Source of the DNA: Macrostomum lignano
Taxonomy: Eukaryota
Assembly: GCA_002269645.1 (NCBI GenBank)
Contig: NIVC01000672.1
Coordinates: 372,001 to 436,000, forward strand
DNA length: 64,000 nt
Direction of reading: 5' to 3'
Both the position numbers and the translations under genes were made by a program. The notes under the pieces are model-generated. The model saw only the letters and a list, made by a program, of their open reading frames with translations. It made no database searches and had not been told where the DNA came from. Position 1 is the stretch's first letter. Every line of letters begins with the position of its first letter. Of the stretch, positions 12,101 through 22,261 are shown in pieces.

Positions 12101-14653
12101 CCCAACCAGCCTACTGATTGGCTGGCAATATCAGTAGCGAGTAACGGGGCTTAAATGGGAAAATCCTCGGGAGCAATAAATAAATTGCTTGCTTTGATGC
12201 GGCTGTTTCGTTTGGTTGCGGCTGAGGTTGAGGGGCCGAGACGCTTCGTTTCTTAGAAAATATTTGAAAACTCAATTTAAGTTTCTTAGAAAATATTTGA
12301 AAACTCAATTTAAGTTTCTTAGAAAATATTTGAAAACTCAATTTACGTTTCTTAGAAAATATTTGAAGGCTCGATTTACGCTTAAGATTAATTGCAGAGA
12401 TATCAAACCTTTAAAGTAATCTTTCTGCTGGTACAAATATGCAGCTAAGACAGCTTAAGTCTTTCTAAGAAACGAACGTCTGACCCAGTCACTCAGCCAG
12501 TGAAGGCCGCCAGTTGCTAATCAGTGCCTCGCATTTGCGCAGGCAGCTGCCGCCTCACGAGCGCATCGTCCCCGTGCTGGGCGTCGTCACCAACTATGCC
12601 TATGGCGGCGGCGGGGTCGGCAGCGGCGACGGCGGCCTCACTGACTCCGAGATCTGCGTGCTCGGCGCCTCAGCCGCAGCCTCGCCGGAGATTCTCATCA
12701 TCTCGGAGCTGATGGGCTGCGACCTGCACCGCGCCATTCAGTTCGGCTCGCTCAGCTTCGCTGCCAGGTGACACCGCAGTGCCACCGACAGCCCGTGCCG
12801 CTCCTCATGATTGCCGCTCCCGCATGTCCCCGCGATTGCCAATACTGCCTGCTTGCATCCCATCCTGATCCCATCCTGATCCCATCCTGATCCCATCCTG
12901 ATCCCATCCTGATCCCATCCTGATCCCATCCTGATCCCATCCTGATCCCATCCTGATCCCATCCTGATCCCATCCTGATCCCATCCTGATCCCATCCTGA
13001 TCCCATCCTGATCCCATCCTGATTCCACCCTGCTACCATCATCAGCCTCCCACCTTGATCATATCCTCAGCCTCTCACCCTGATCCCATCCTGATCCCAT
13101 CCTGATCCCATCCTGATTCCACCCTGCTACCATCATCAGCCTCCCACCTTGATCATATCCTCAGCCTCTCACCCTGATCCCATCCTGATCCCATCCTGAT
13201 CCCATCCTAATCCCACCCTGATACCACCCCGATCCCATCCTGATCTCACTCTGATCCCATCCTCAGCTACCCACTCTGATCCCATCCTGATCCGACCCTG
13301 ATTCCACCCTGATCCCATCCTGAGCTTCCCACCTTGATCCCATCCTCAGCATCCCACCCTGATCATATCCTCAGCCTCTCACCCTGACCCCATCCTGATC
13401 CCACCCTGATCCCATCCTCAGCCTCCCACTCTGATCCCATCCTGATCCCACCCTGATCCCATCCTGATCCCACCCTGATCCCATCCTGATCCCACCCTGA
13501 TCCCATCCTGATCCCACCCTGATCCCATCCTGATCCCATCCTGATCCCATCATGATCCCATCCTGTTCCCACCCTGATCCATCCTGATTCCACCCTGATC
13601 CCATCCTGATCCCATCCTCAGCCATCGCACAAATTCCCCTCCAGACTACAGGTGGCCTGCGACGTGGTGGAGGGCATCCGGTTCCTGCACAGCCGCGGCC
13701 TGGTGCACCGAGACGTCAAGCTGAAGAACGTGCTGCTGGACAGGCGCAGCCGCGCCAAGCTGACGGACCTCGGCTTCTGCAAGCCGCACGCCATGATGAG
13801 CGGCAGCATCGTGGGCACCCCGATCCACATGCCGCCCGAGCTGTTCACCGGCAACTATGACTCATCGGTGCGCCTGCGGCTTTGTGTTGGAGTTGTTTGG
13901 GGTGCTGACCCAGCTATGACTCATCGGTGCGCCTGCGGATTTGTGTTGGAATTGTTTGGGGTGCTGACCCTGCTATGACTCATCGGTGCGCCTGCGGCTT
14001 TGTGCTGGAGTTGTTTGGGGTGCTGACCCTTGATGCGGGACTGATTTTCTTGTACAAATCAGCTCCATATCTGGCACAGTCAGCTCCATATCTGGCACAA
14101 TCAGCTCCATATCTAGCACAATCAGCTCCATATCTGGCACAATCAGCTCCATATCTGGCACAATCAGCTCCATATCTGGCACAATCAGCTCCATATCTGG
14201 CACAATCAGCTCCATATCTGGCACAGTCAGCTCCATATCTGGCACAATCAGCTCCATATCTGGCACAATCAGCTCCATATCTCACACAGTCATGCTGCAA
14301 TTCCAAGCACTCCCCAACCGCAGGTGGATGTGTACGCCTTTGGCATCCTGTTCTGGTATGTGTGCGCCGACACGGTGCGCCTGCCGCACAACTTCGAGCA
14401 GTGCAGCAGCAAGGACGCCCTGTGGAGCTCCGTGAAGCGCGGCGTGCGGCCGGAGCGGCTCCCGGCCTTCACCGACCAGTGCTGGGACCTCATGCGGCAC
14501 TGCTGGGACGGCCTTCCCGACCGCCGCCCGCTACCCGGCGACCTCCTGCCGACCCTGCAGGCCCTGCTGGCAGAGGCTCGGGCCGCCCCCGCCTCCTCCG
14601 CCTGCCAGGCCGGCGGCCCGCCATCCGGGCACCTCGTCAGCGACTTGCTGTGA
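6166..14653 (+). CDS. DSTYK: Dual serine/threonine and tyrosine protein kinase (Dusty/RIPK5), 9 coding exons, about 918 aa
   Basis: Exons with GT/AG boundaries and consistent phases: 6166-6319, 6815-6994, 7176-7884, 8351-8822, 9776-10082, 11023-11179, 12543-12767, 13645-13867, 14324-14653 (2757 nt). The translation matches DSTYK as I recall it: [130 protein letters not shown]. Confidence 0.95.
7913..8310. repeat. 22-bp minisatellite (CTGTTCCTGACCCACTGACTCG) in DSTYK intron 3
   Basis: Tandem units are directly visible, with higher-order variants. Confidence 0.9.
8861..9755. repeat. 19-bp minisatellite (TGTGTCTGTCCTGACTGGC) in DSTYK intron 4
   Basis: Tandem units are directly visible. Confidence 0.95.
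10063..10979 (+). repeat. 25/23-bp minisatellite (GGGACATGACTCT[CT]ATGGTGAGCT) built from the DSTYK exon 5/intron 5 junction
   Basis: 38 ATG|GT(G/A)AG copies counted from 10083 to 10970; the first is the true donor. Confidence 0.95.
11180..11700. repeat. Degenerate 20-bp minisatellite (GTGAGCTCATGTGACTCTGT) starting at the intron 6 donor
   Basis: Tandem units visible; a 40-bp higher-order unit is present at 11330-11560. Confidence 0.85.
11922..12068 (+). CDS. DSTYK: Alternative DSTYK exon 7a (paralog of exon 7b, 12543-12767), kinase subdomains IV-VIa
   Basis: GC-rich 147-nt block flanked by ccccaag| and |gtggcg, phase 2/2 like exon 7b. Encodes [49 protein letters not shown], collinear with exon 7b and with the equivalent DSTYK segment. 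Confidence 0.75.
12247..12380. repeat. 33-bp AT-rich tandem repeat, about 4 copies, between exons 7a and 7b
   Basis: GTTTCTTAGAAAATATTTGAAAACTCAATTTAA repeated. Confidence 0.9.
12856..13620. repeat. 11-bp minisatellite (GATCCCATCCT) in DSTYK intron 7
   Basis: Tandem units are directly visible. Confidence 0.95.
13855..14030 (+). repeat. 59-bp repeat x3 containing the exon 8 3' end and donor (CTATGACTCATCG|GTGCGC)
   Basis: Donor copies at 13868, 13927 and 13986. Confidence 0.9.
14057..14290. repeat. 21-bp minisatellite (TCAGCTCCATATCTGGCACAA) in DSTYK intron 8
   Basis: About 11 tandem units. Confidence 0.95.
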
Positions 14654-14689
14654 CGCCCGGGCTGAACTGGACACCCCATCATCTGGATA

Positions 14690-15130
14690 TCTCAGTCCCG
14701 CACCTGGATTCTTCAGTCTCGCAACTGGATTCCTCAGTCCCGCACCTGGATCTCTCAGTCCCGCCCCTGGATTCCTCAGTCCCGCACCTGGATCCCTCAG
14801 TCCCGCACCTGGATCCCTCAGTCCCGCACCTGGATTCCTCAGTCCCGCACCTGGCTTCCTCAGTCCCGCACCTGGATGCCTTAGTCCCGCACCTGGATCT
14901 CTCAGTCTTGCACCTGGATCCCTCAGTCCCGCACCTGGATCTCTCTGTCCCGCACCTGGATTCCTCAGTCCGGCACCTGGATCCCTCAGTCCCGCACCTG
15001 GATCCCTCAGTCCCGCACCTGGATTCCTCAGTCCGGCACCTGGATCCCTCAGTCCCGCACCTGGATCCCTCAGTCCCGCACCTGGATTCCTCAGTCCGGC
15101 ACCTGGATCCCTCAGTCCCGCACCTGGATT
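14690..15130. repeat. 21-bp minisatellite (TCAGTCCCGCACCTGGATCCC) just 3' of the DSTYK stop
   Basis: About 21 tandem units. Confidence 0.95.
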
Positions 15131-15572
15131 CCTGTGCTCAGCCAGTGTCAATCAGCACTACTCCTACTCAACTGTGTCTGCTTATTCCGCAACCCTCAGC
15201 GCCTGCTGCTTTCATTCGGTTACCTGCGTTTCTGTAAAATTGATAAACTCTTTTTGTACCCGTTGCTGCTTCTGCTGAGTCCCCATTAAATCTCTAGTGG
15301 GGTGTTTTATTGCGGTGCATCATGGCTTTGCTTACCTGGCAGGTGCATGGCATCGCAGCATTTAGATGTTACTGCTGGAACTCATTGATCACTTTAAAAC
15401 TGGATGAGAATGCCGCCACTGTGAAATAAAATACTCGCCACTTTGAAAGTATATTTTTTCCACAGATTTTCATACGGATCATCATCTCACCTGAGTTCCA
15501 ACTCATAACGAGTATGCTCAAGAACGATTGGCATGCTTTTTTTAATTATTCAATTTTCATTGTCATTACTAT

Positions 15573-15930
15573 GTGAGTGAGTGAGTGAGTGAGTGAGTGA
15601 GTGAGTGAGTGAGTGAGTGAGTGAGTGAGTGAGTGAGTGAGTAAGTGAGTGAGTGAGTGAGTGAGTGAGTGAGTGAGTGAGTGAGTGAGTGAGTGAGTGA
15701 GTGAGTGAGTGAGTGAGTGAGTGAGTGAGTGAATGAGTGAGTGAGTGAATGAGTGAGTGAGTGAGTGAGTGAGTGAGTGAGTGAGTGAATGAGTGAGTGA
15801 GTGAGTGAATGAGTGAGTGAGTGAGTGAGTGAATGAGTGAGTGAGTGAGTGAGTGAGTGAGTGAGTGAATGAGTGAGTGAGTGAGTGAGTAAGTGAGTGA
15901 GTGAGTGCCTGCGTGCGTGAGTGAGTGAGT
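15573..15930. repeat. (GAGT)n microsatellite
   Basis: Directly visible. Confidence 0.97.
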
Positions 15931-17169
15931 GCACTCGGTGACTTCGGGGACTCACTCAGCCAATAAGTTTAATTGAAACGGGGCACAATCAAGAACTACT
16001 AGACTGTTATATACAGTGGTCCTTGGGCACAATCCCAAGATTGGGGCGGGTCTGGGCCAAAGACATTTCGCAGATGAGCAATTCATGATATTCCTTCATC
16101 CATGGCTTTACGATTAGCACGTACGGTGGAATCTGGTTTAACATGTTGAGCTCGTGTAGCTATATTTAATTGGTTCCACGGAAGCTCTGCGATTGGCTCT
16201 CCACGTTAGCTCGGTACATTTTGGTTTGACTCACTTTTGGCTAATTAAAATTGTTGAAAAGATACATAAAAGCGCTGATTCATATCGATTTTTGGCTAGA
16301 TGGCTAAACTGGAATGTTTAATATATATTTAATAGTTTCATATAGTTAATTAGGGAAGTTTTCAGGGACAGCAAGACCTGCAGATTTAGGCAGAAGCAAA
16401 TTATAAAGTTGTTGATAAAAGAAAGATAATCAGCATGCTAAGTAAAGAGCTTAAACAAAAAATACGCAATTTTCAGATAATTGTAATAGTTTTTATTATA
16501 ACAGACAGCAAAATAAAATTTTTAATAATTAAAGGTTTTAATAGATTTATGTTTATAAAAAATTTAACGCAAGAGAAAACTATGAAAAAGGGACAAATAA
16601 ATAAACTTAGCATCACTGCAAACATAGTTTTAAATCGACAGAAAACTAAAATCTAATAACTAGGTTTCAATAGATATCCAGATATCCAGACAGACAAAAC
16701 AAATCTGATACAAAAATTACTTTAAAGCAAACAAAAAATATTGATAAATAACGCACAGTTTCAATATATATGTTTTAAAACAATTTTTGCAAGAGCAAGC
16801 TAAAAGGTGATTAACAAAACTTAGCATATCCAATTAAAAACATTTTTTAAGAGACAGCAAACTTAAAGTTATTATAGATCAGTAATTTAAAAACATCACA
16901 CGCACAAAAAGTCCACACGACAGAAACGGAGGCTGCATCACATGTAACTGCAACCTTAATACATCTGAAGGATTAATTGTTGGTAAAACTCCACCCACTG
17001 CCAGCACTTACTTGTACATCTGTGGAAACGCCTGCTTGGAGCCTCAAGCAAGATGCACAGCTGTTTTTAATTATTTTTTGAGTCGAGAGGGAATTTAACT
17101 ACCCATAACTGCTAAAGGCCTGTGGTCTCTTGGTTTGTTTAATTGTTAAGTTTTAAGAATGATGATTAA

Positions 17170-18375
17170 TTTAATGATGTTGAGTGGGACTGGGAAGATT
17201 AATGCTGAGTGGGGAGTCGGGGACTGAGGGAAATGATGCTGAGTGGCACTGAGGGAAATGATGCTGAGTGGCACTGAGGGGAATGATGCTGAGTGATACT
17301 GAAGGGAATGATGCTGAGTGATACTGAAGGGAATGATGCTGAGTGGCACTGAGGAGAATGATGCTGAGTGATACTGAGGGGAATGATGCTGAGTGATACT
17401 GAGGGAAATGATGCTGAGTGACACTGAGGGGAATGATGCTGAGTGATACTGAAGGGAATGATGCTGAGTGGCACTGAGGGGAATGATGCTGAGTGGCACT
17501 GAGGGGAATGATGCTGAGTGATACTGAAGGGAATGATGCTGAGTGGCACTGAGGGGAATGATGCTGAGTGGCACTGAGGGGAATGATGCTGAGTGATACT
17601 GAAGGGAATGATGCTGAGTGGCACTGAGGGGAATAATGCTGAGTGGCACTGAGGGGAATGATGCTGAGTGATACTGAAGGGAATGATGCTGAGTGACACT
17701 GAGGGGAATGATGCTGAGTGGCACTGAGGGGAATGATGCTGAGTGGCATTGAGGGGAATGATGCTGAGTGATACTGAGGGGAATGATGCTGAGTGGCACT
17801 GAGGGGAATGATGCTGAGTGGCACTGAGGGGAATGATGCTGAGTGGCACTGAGGGGAATGATGCTGAGTGGCACTGAGGGGAATGATGCTGAGTGATACT
17901 GAGGGAAATGATGCAGAGTGACACTGAGGGGAATGATGCTGAGTGGCACTGAGGGGAATGATGCTGAGTGGCACTGAGGGGAATGATGCTGAGTGATACT
18001 GAAGGGAATGATGCTGAGTGGCACTGAGGGGAATGATGCTGAGTGGCACTGAGGGGAATGATGCTGAGTGATACTGAGGGGAATGATGCTGAGTGACACT
18101 GAGGGGAATGATGCTGAGTGGCACTGAGGGGAATGATGCTGAGTGGCATTGAGGGGAATGATGCTGAGTGATACTGAAGGGAATGATGCTGAGTGACACT
18201 GAGGGGAATGATGCTGAGTGGCACTGAGGGGAATGATGCTGAGTGGCATTGAGGGGAATGATGCTGAGTGATACTGAGGGGAATGATGCTGAGTGATACT
18301 GAGGGGAATGATGCTGAGTGATACTAAGGGGAATGATGCTGAGTGATACTGAGGGGAATGATGCTGAGTGACACC
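17170..18375. repeat. 25-bp minisatellite (GAGGGGAATGATGCTGAGTGGCACT)
   Basis: Directly visible; the long ORFs it generates are repeat artefacts. Confidence 0.97.
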
Positions 18376-18721
18376 TAAATATTTGATATACTACATTTAT
18401 ATTTATATTTATATTTATATTTCGATATAAATATTACATATTTCCCTAAACATTCGACTTTAACTAAAACGAACCAAAACTCGCTTCGCTTGAAACCCCA
18501 AGGCGAGAGAAAACTCAAATCCAAAATTTGAAGTCGCAAAAGCAATGTTAGCAAGTTTTCAAATCGCATATGGATTTAAATAATGAGAATTTCACATAAC
18601 TTAATGTCAGTGCGACAGCAACAAGTCGATCTTGTCAGGTACAACTTGCTCATGTACCATTCCTGAAGCAATTTAAGCTACTCGGCTTTCTTTTCTTTTT
18701 CTTTTCCTGGTTCTGCTGCTG

Positions 18722-20269
18722 CTATTGGCTCTGCTGTTGTTGCTGAACTGCTTTACCAGCTGCTCTCTGCTCAGCCGGAGCCAGGAAAAACTTTTTGTCC
18801 ATTCGCACCAGCCAGGAGGACACCTGCCGCTTATCGGCTGAATTTTTGTGCGCCATTTCGTAATTGACTCGCTCGATCATGGACACGACGTCTTCTTTAT
18901 TACCGAACTGCTGGAACACCGAGCATAGCGAAGTGATGAATCGAGACCCCTTTGACCCCTCTCTCGCACTCGTCTCTAGTGGCACAGTCGAGTGCGCCAC
19001 AATGACGTCCTCGTATTCAGGCAGAGGTTCGCGCTCGTTTTTCTCGTCCGACACACCGACGCTATGGTTGCGACACACCTGGAAAATCAGCAGCTTCGGT
19101 TTACCGGTTCTTTTTCCGGCAAACTTTTGTAGAATATCTTTTTCTTTTGCATCATCATCGTCGCATCCGTACAGGTATCCTACTATACCGTGAGTCATTA
19201 GTACAAGAATAGCTGCGTCATCTTTTAACTCCAAATAACGTATTTCTTTCCCAGTCAGATTGGTTCTGATTGAAACACTGAATCCCAATTCAGTGAACAC
19301 TTTTAACAGTCTCTGAGTGTCTTTCTCGGAACCCAAGCGATTGCCATGTCTGCCGAATATGAGATTGTTGATGATGAGCACGCGGGTGCTGGGATCGGCA
19401 GTTGAATACCTTTGTTCCTTACCTGTCTGCGTCAGCTTCCACAGTGCCTCGCTGCTGCTTTCTCTCTCTTCTCTACTAGAGCACTTCGGCACGGGTATTT
19501 CCGGCTCGATTTTGATTTCACAGTGAAATTTAGCCAAGCCGCAGTTTTTGCAAACTTTCTTCTCTAACAATTTGTCTTTGCAGTGGACGCAATCTTTGCA
19601 TTTCACGCAGATCAGCGGTGTGTGAGTTTCTCTCATGCCTTTGCACGTCTTCTTGCAAGTGCAGTCAGTGGCTGCCAAATTGATAGTACAAGAACACAGC
19701 GTGACTGGCTCTTTTGGCTTTTTTGACTCTTCTGATTCTTTAAAATTATCGAGGAGTTGATTAATTAACTGAAAATGATTCTCAGTTTTAATCCAAACGT
19801 CATGTTCGTCAATTTTTCTAAAGTTGTAAATCGTTGAGCCTGGCTCTGATTGGCTTTGACTGGTTCGTGGTGCCTCTCTCTGATTGGCTGGTCTCTGATC
19901 TCTAATCTCTGATTGTACCTCGTAGCTAGCGACTACAACTGCATAATTTGAAATGTCCGGTGCCTGGATTTCTCCATATTCAGCGCGCACTTCCCATCCA
20001 TTTGTCTCCAGAGCAATGCGGAGTCCATCAATTTTCTTCTGCTTCTGCGTTTCGTACGTTGAATTCCCATCCTTCTTGACAAGGATGAGAGCCGTTGGAG
20101 GTTCCTTGGGTGCTAAAATTTTAAACAGAATTACTGTAGATGCGAATCAACAAAGTTCTGAATAAAATCAAATTTTGCCTTACGTTTGGTGTCTGATTTC
20201 TTTGATGGCACTGAAATGAAATCAACAGGAAGGTTTAAAATTAAAAAAATATATATATTTATGCTTACT
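18722..20269 (-). CDS. Caspase-like protease type A, copy 1 (A1): N-terminal alpha/beta domain + Cys/His-rich linker + caspase domain with intact dyad, about 472 aa
   Basis: Caspase motifs RVLIINN, NRLGSEKD, LFTELGFSV-like (KVFTELGFSV), ILVLMTHG (His), KPKLLIFQVCR (Cys), TSAR..GSRFI. Proposed model: 20269 (the A of ATG), 20184-20210, 18722-20112, with canonical GT-AG introns; N-terminus MPSKKSDTKPPKEPPTALILV. Confidence 0.85.
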
Positions 20270-20394
20270 AGAGTAGATATAGGAAATATTTGTTGGAAAT
20301 GTGAGATAATTCAATTTTATCTGGCTAACTTTTATCTGTTTCTACATGTTAAACATTCGTTTTTTAATAAATCTTCAACCTCCAATTCTGGCTC

Positions 20395-20567
20395 ATGAAA
20401 TATTTTCGACTATTCGCATGACGCGCGTATGACAGCTACTGTTGAATTCTATGTGCGTAGCAGCTGTGATTTTATGAGTTCGTAAGTGATTTGATCTGTA
20501 CTTATATGGGCGCTATTCTGAGTACCTTGTCCAAAGAAATGTTACGATATACAATACACTAACATGT
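20395..20567. promoter_or_regulatory. Conserved non-coding block immediately downstream of each B gene (also about 39950-40135 and about 56255-56445)
   Basis: About 180 bp of near-identical sequence in three copies. It could be the B 3' UTR, the promoter of the next gene, or an intercistronic element; function is inferred only. Confidence 0.35.
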
Positions 20568-22261
20568 TCAGTTCATGTAAAAGTCTATCCTGAACAGAAC
20601 ACAATGTATACATGACAGTTCAACTGTAAATTTACCGTTTTTCTCGTCAAGAAAGAATTCATCAGTTGTCTGCACAATCCAGTACGGGAGAAGCAGATTA
20701 TTTTCAACATTTTGATCCGCAAAGTTCGCGCAAAGTTTGTTTGAAAAGCCGTTCTTGACGATGCTGTTGATGGGGCAGATCATTGAAGCCACATCTGTGT
20801 TGCCGGCACCGAAGTAAATTGCTGAGCACAGAGCGAGCACGAAGCGGCTACCCAGGGGGGAACGACCATCAGCAGGGGTTGATTCAGATCTGACTATGAT
20901 CAGACCGCTTTGTTTGTGAAAGTGCAAGTCTGGAGTTGGACCATCAGACGCTGAATCAGTAACTTCCCCTGCAGTTCGATCATCCATGGTAATCACATCT
21001 AAGCGCTCTCGCAGATGAACAACAACCAGCCTGTGCGAGTTGAAAAAACAACTGCCTTGGCTAATTTTAGTGAGCAGTGTGTTAATTTGAGCTTCTGGGT
21101 CTTTGGTCTTTTCAGCAAGGATTACTACCACATAGGAGGGATTGACATCCTTTGGCGGCGGTTCGAATTTGATCTCATAATTACCTAAATCAACTCCAGC
21201 TTCAGTTTTGCACTGACTATCAGGTGATTTGTAGTTGGCGTGCTCAAGTGCATCTTGCAGATTTGCAACGTCCATCCTTGCACTTCTGCCCAAATCAGAT
21301 TTGTCATCGTCTAGCGATTTGCTCACAAGAATGAGAGCGCGATTCTTGTGTGGTTTGTAAGGTGGTTTTCTGTTTTCTGTGTTTTCAGAAGTGTTTTCTG
21401 TTTTGATATATTTTGGGATTTTTTCTTTCAGACGATTCCTCGAAAACGTAAACCCGGCGCCGCCAGGAATATAGTAGAATTTTCTACTATCGATTTTGTC
21501 TTTAGAGCTCCTACTGAAATTTATAACTGTGTTTTGAAGATTTTCGTTTTCAATTAACATGCCTGCGATCTCGTTTAGCTCACTTTCATCTGTGTCTTCT
21601 TCGTCTTTTTTACTCGTACATAGGAAATTCACGTTTAGTAATATTGCTTGTTGATTCTTTTTGTCACGCAGCTTCTCCTTCAGATCCTTGTTTCCACAAA
21701 CAATCAGAAGTCTTTCCAGCTGACCATTTTCGCCACTATCGAATGCCTCGAATAGAGCCTTAAGTTGATCATCGAGTTCCGAACTGTCAGAATGCACTAC
21801 AAGAACTGCTTGTAGTTTAACTGACTTCTCAGCAGTGAGCAGATTCGTACATTCATCAATGTTATTGCATTCTTTCAACTGAAAATCGCAGTCCTCCAGG
21901 TACTTTTTGAAGTCTGTATTCGATGTGATATTCAAAAAGAATGCCTTCCTGTCTGAAATGCAATTAAAAAAGATTTGCGTTAAAAAGTTTGCGTTTGGGG
22001 CTGAGTATCGGAGCAGTAACGCATCCGGTTCTGCACAAAACACCGTTGCCCCAATCATTCAAGCACATTCTCACCTGTTGAAGTTGTGCTGCTATGTCTG
22101 CAATCCGTAACTGCAATTCAGATTGTTGAATTGGTTGTTAGAATTAGATAGAGGCCGCCAGGACCGGCTAATAGAGAGTTGGGTTGAAGCGTACGTAGCT
22201 CCTCAGCAGGGTCATCAGTGATATACTGTATTATGCATCCATGCTGATGAAAAGCCATCAT
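20568..22261 (-). CDS. Pseudocaspase type B, copy 1 (B1): N-terminal alpha/beta domain + caspase-fold domain lacking the His/Cys dyad, about 495 aa
   Basis: NRALILVS, RSARMDVANL, VVVILAEK (no HG), RLVVVHLRER (no QACR), GSRFVLALC, PYWIVQTTDEFF. Exons 22195-22261, 22075-22110 and 20568-21952; the same exon structure and phases are present in all three B copies. Confidence 0.8.

Noticed and set aside
13927-18249. Long ORFs (300-790 aa) such as QSAPYLA, SVPHLDP, HSLT and SIIPLSATQHH repeats, here and at 47351-54307
   Set aside because: They are translations of minisatellites in introns or intergenic DNA, open in several frames on both strands.
21953-22058. ORF-track N-terminus MIGATVFCAEPD for the B genes
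   Set aside because: It lies between a conserved GTGAGA donor and a strong ..GCATTTCAG acceptor and carries frameshifting indels in B3, so it is probably intronic.
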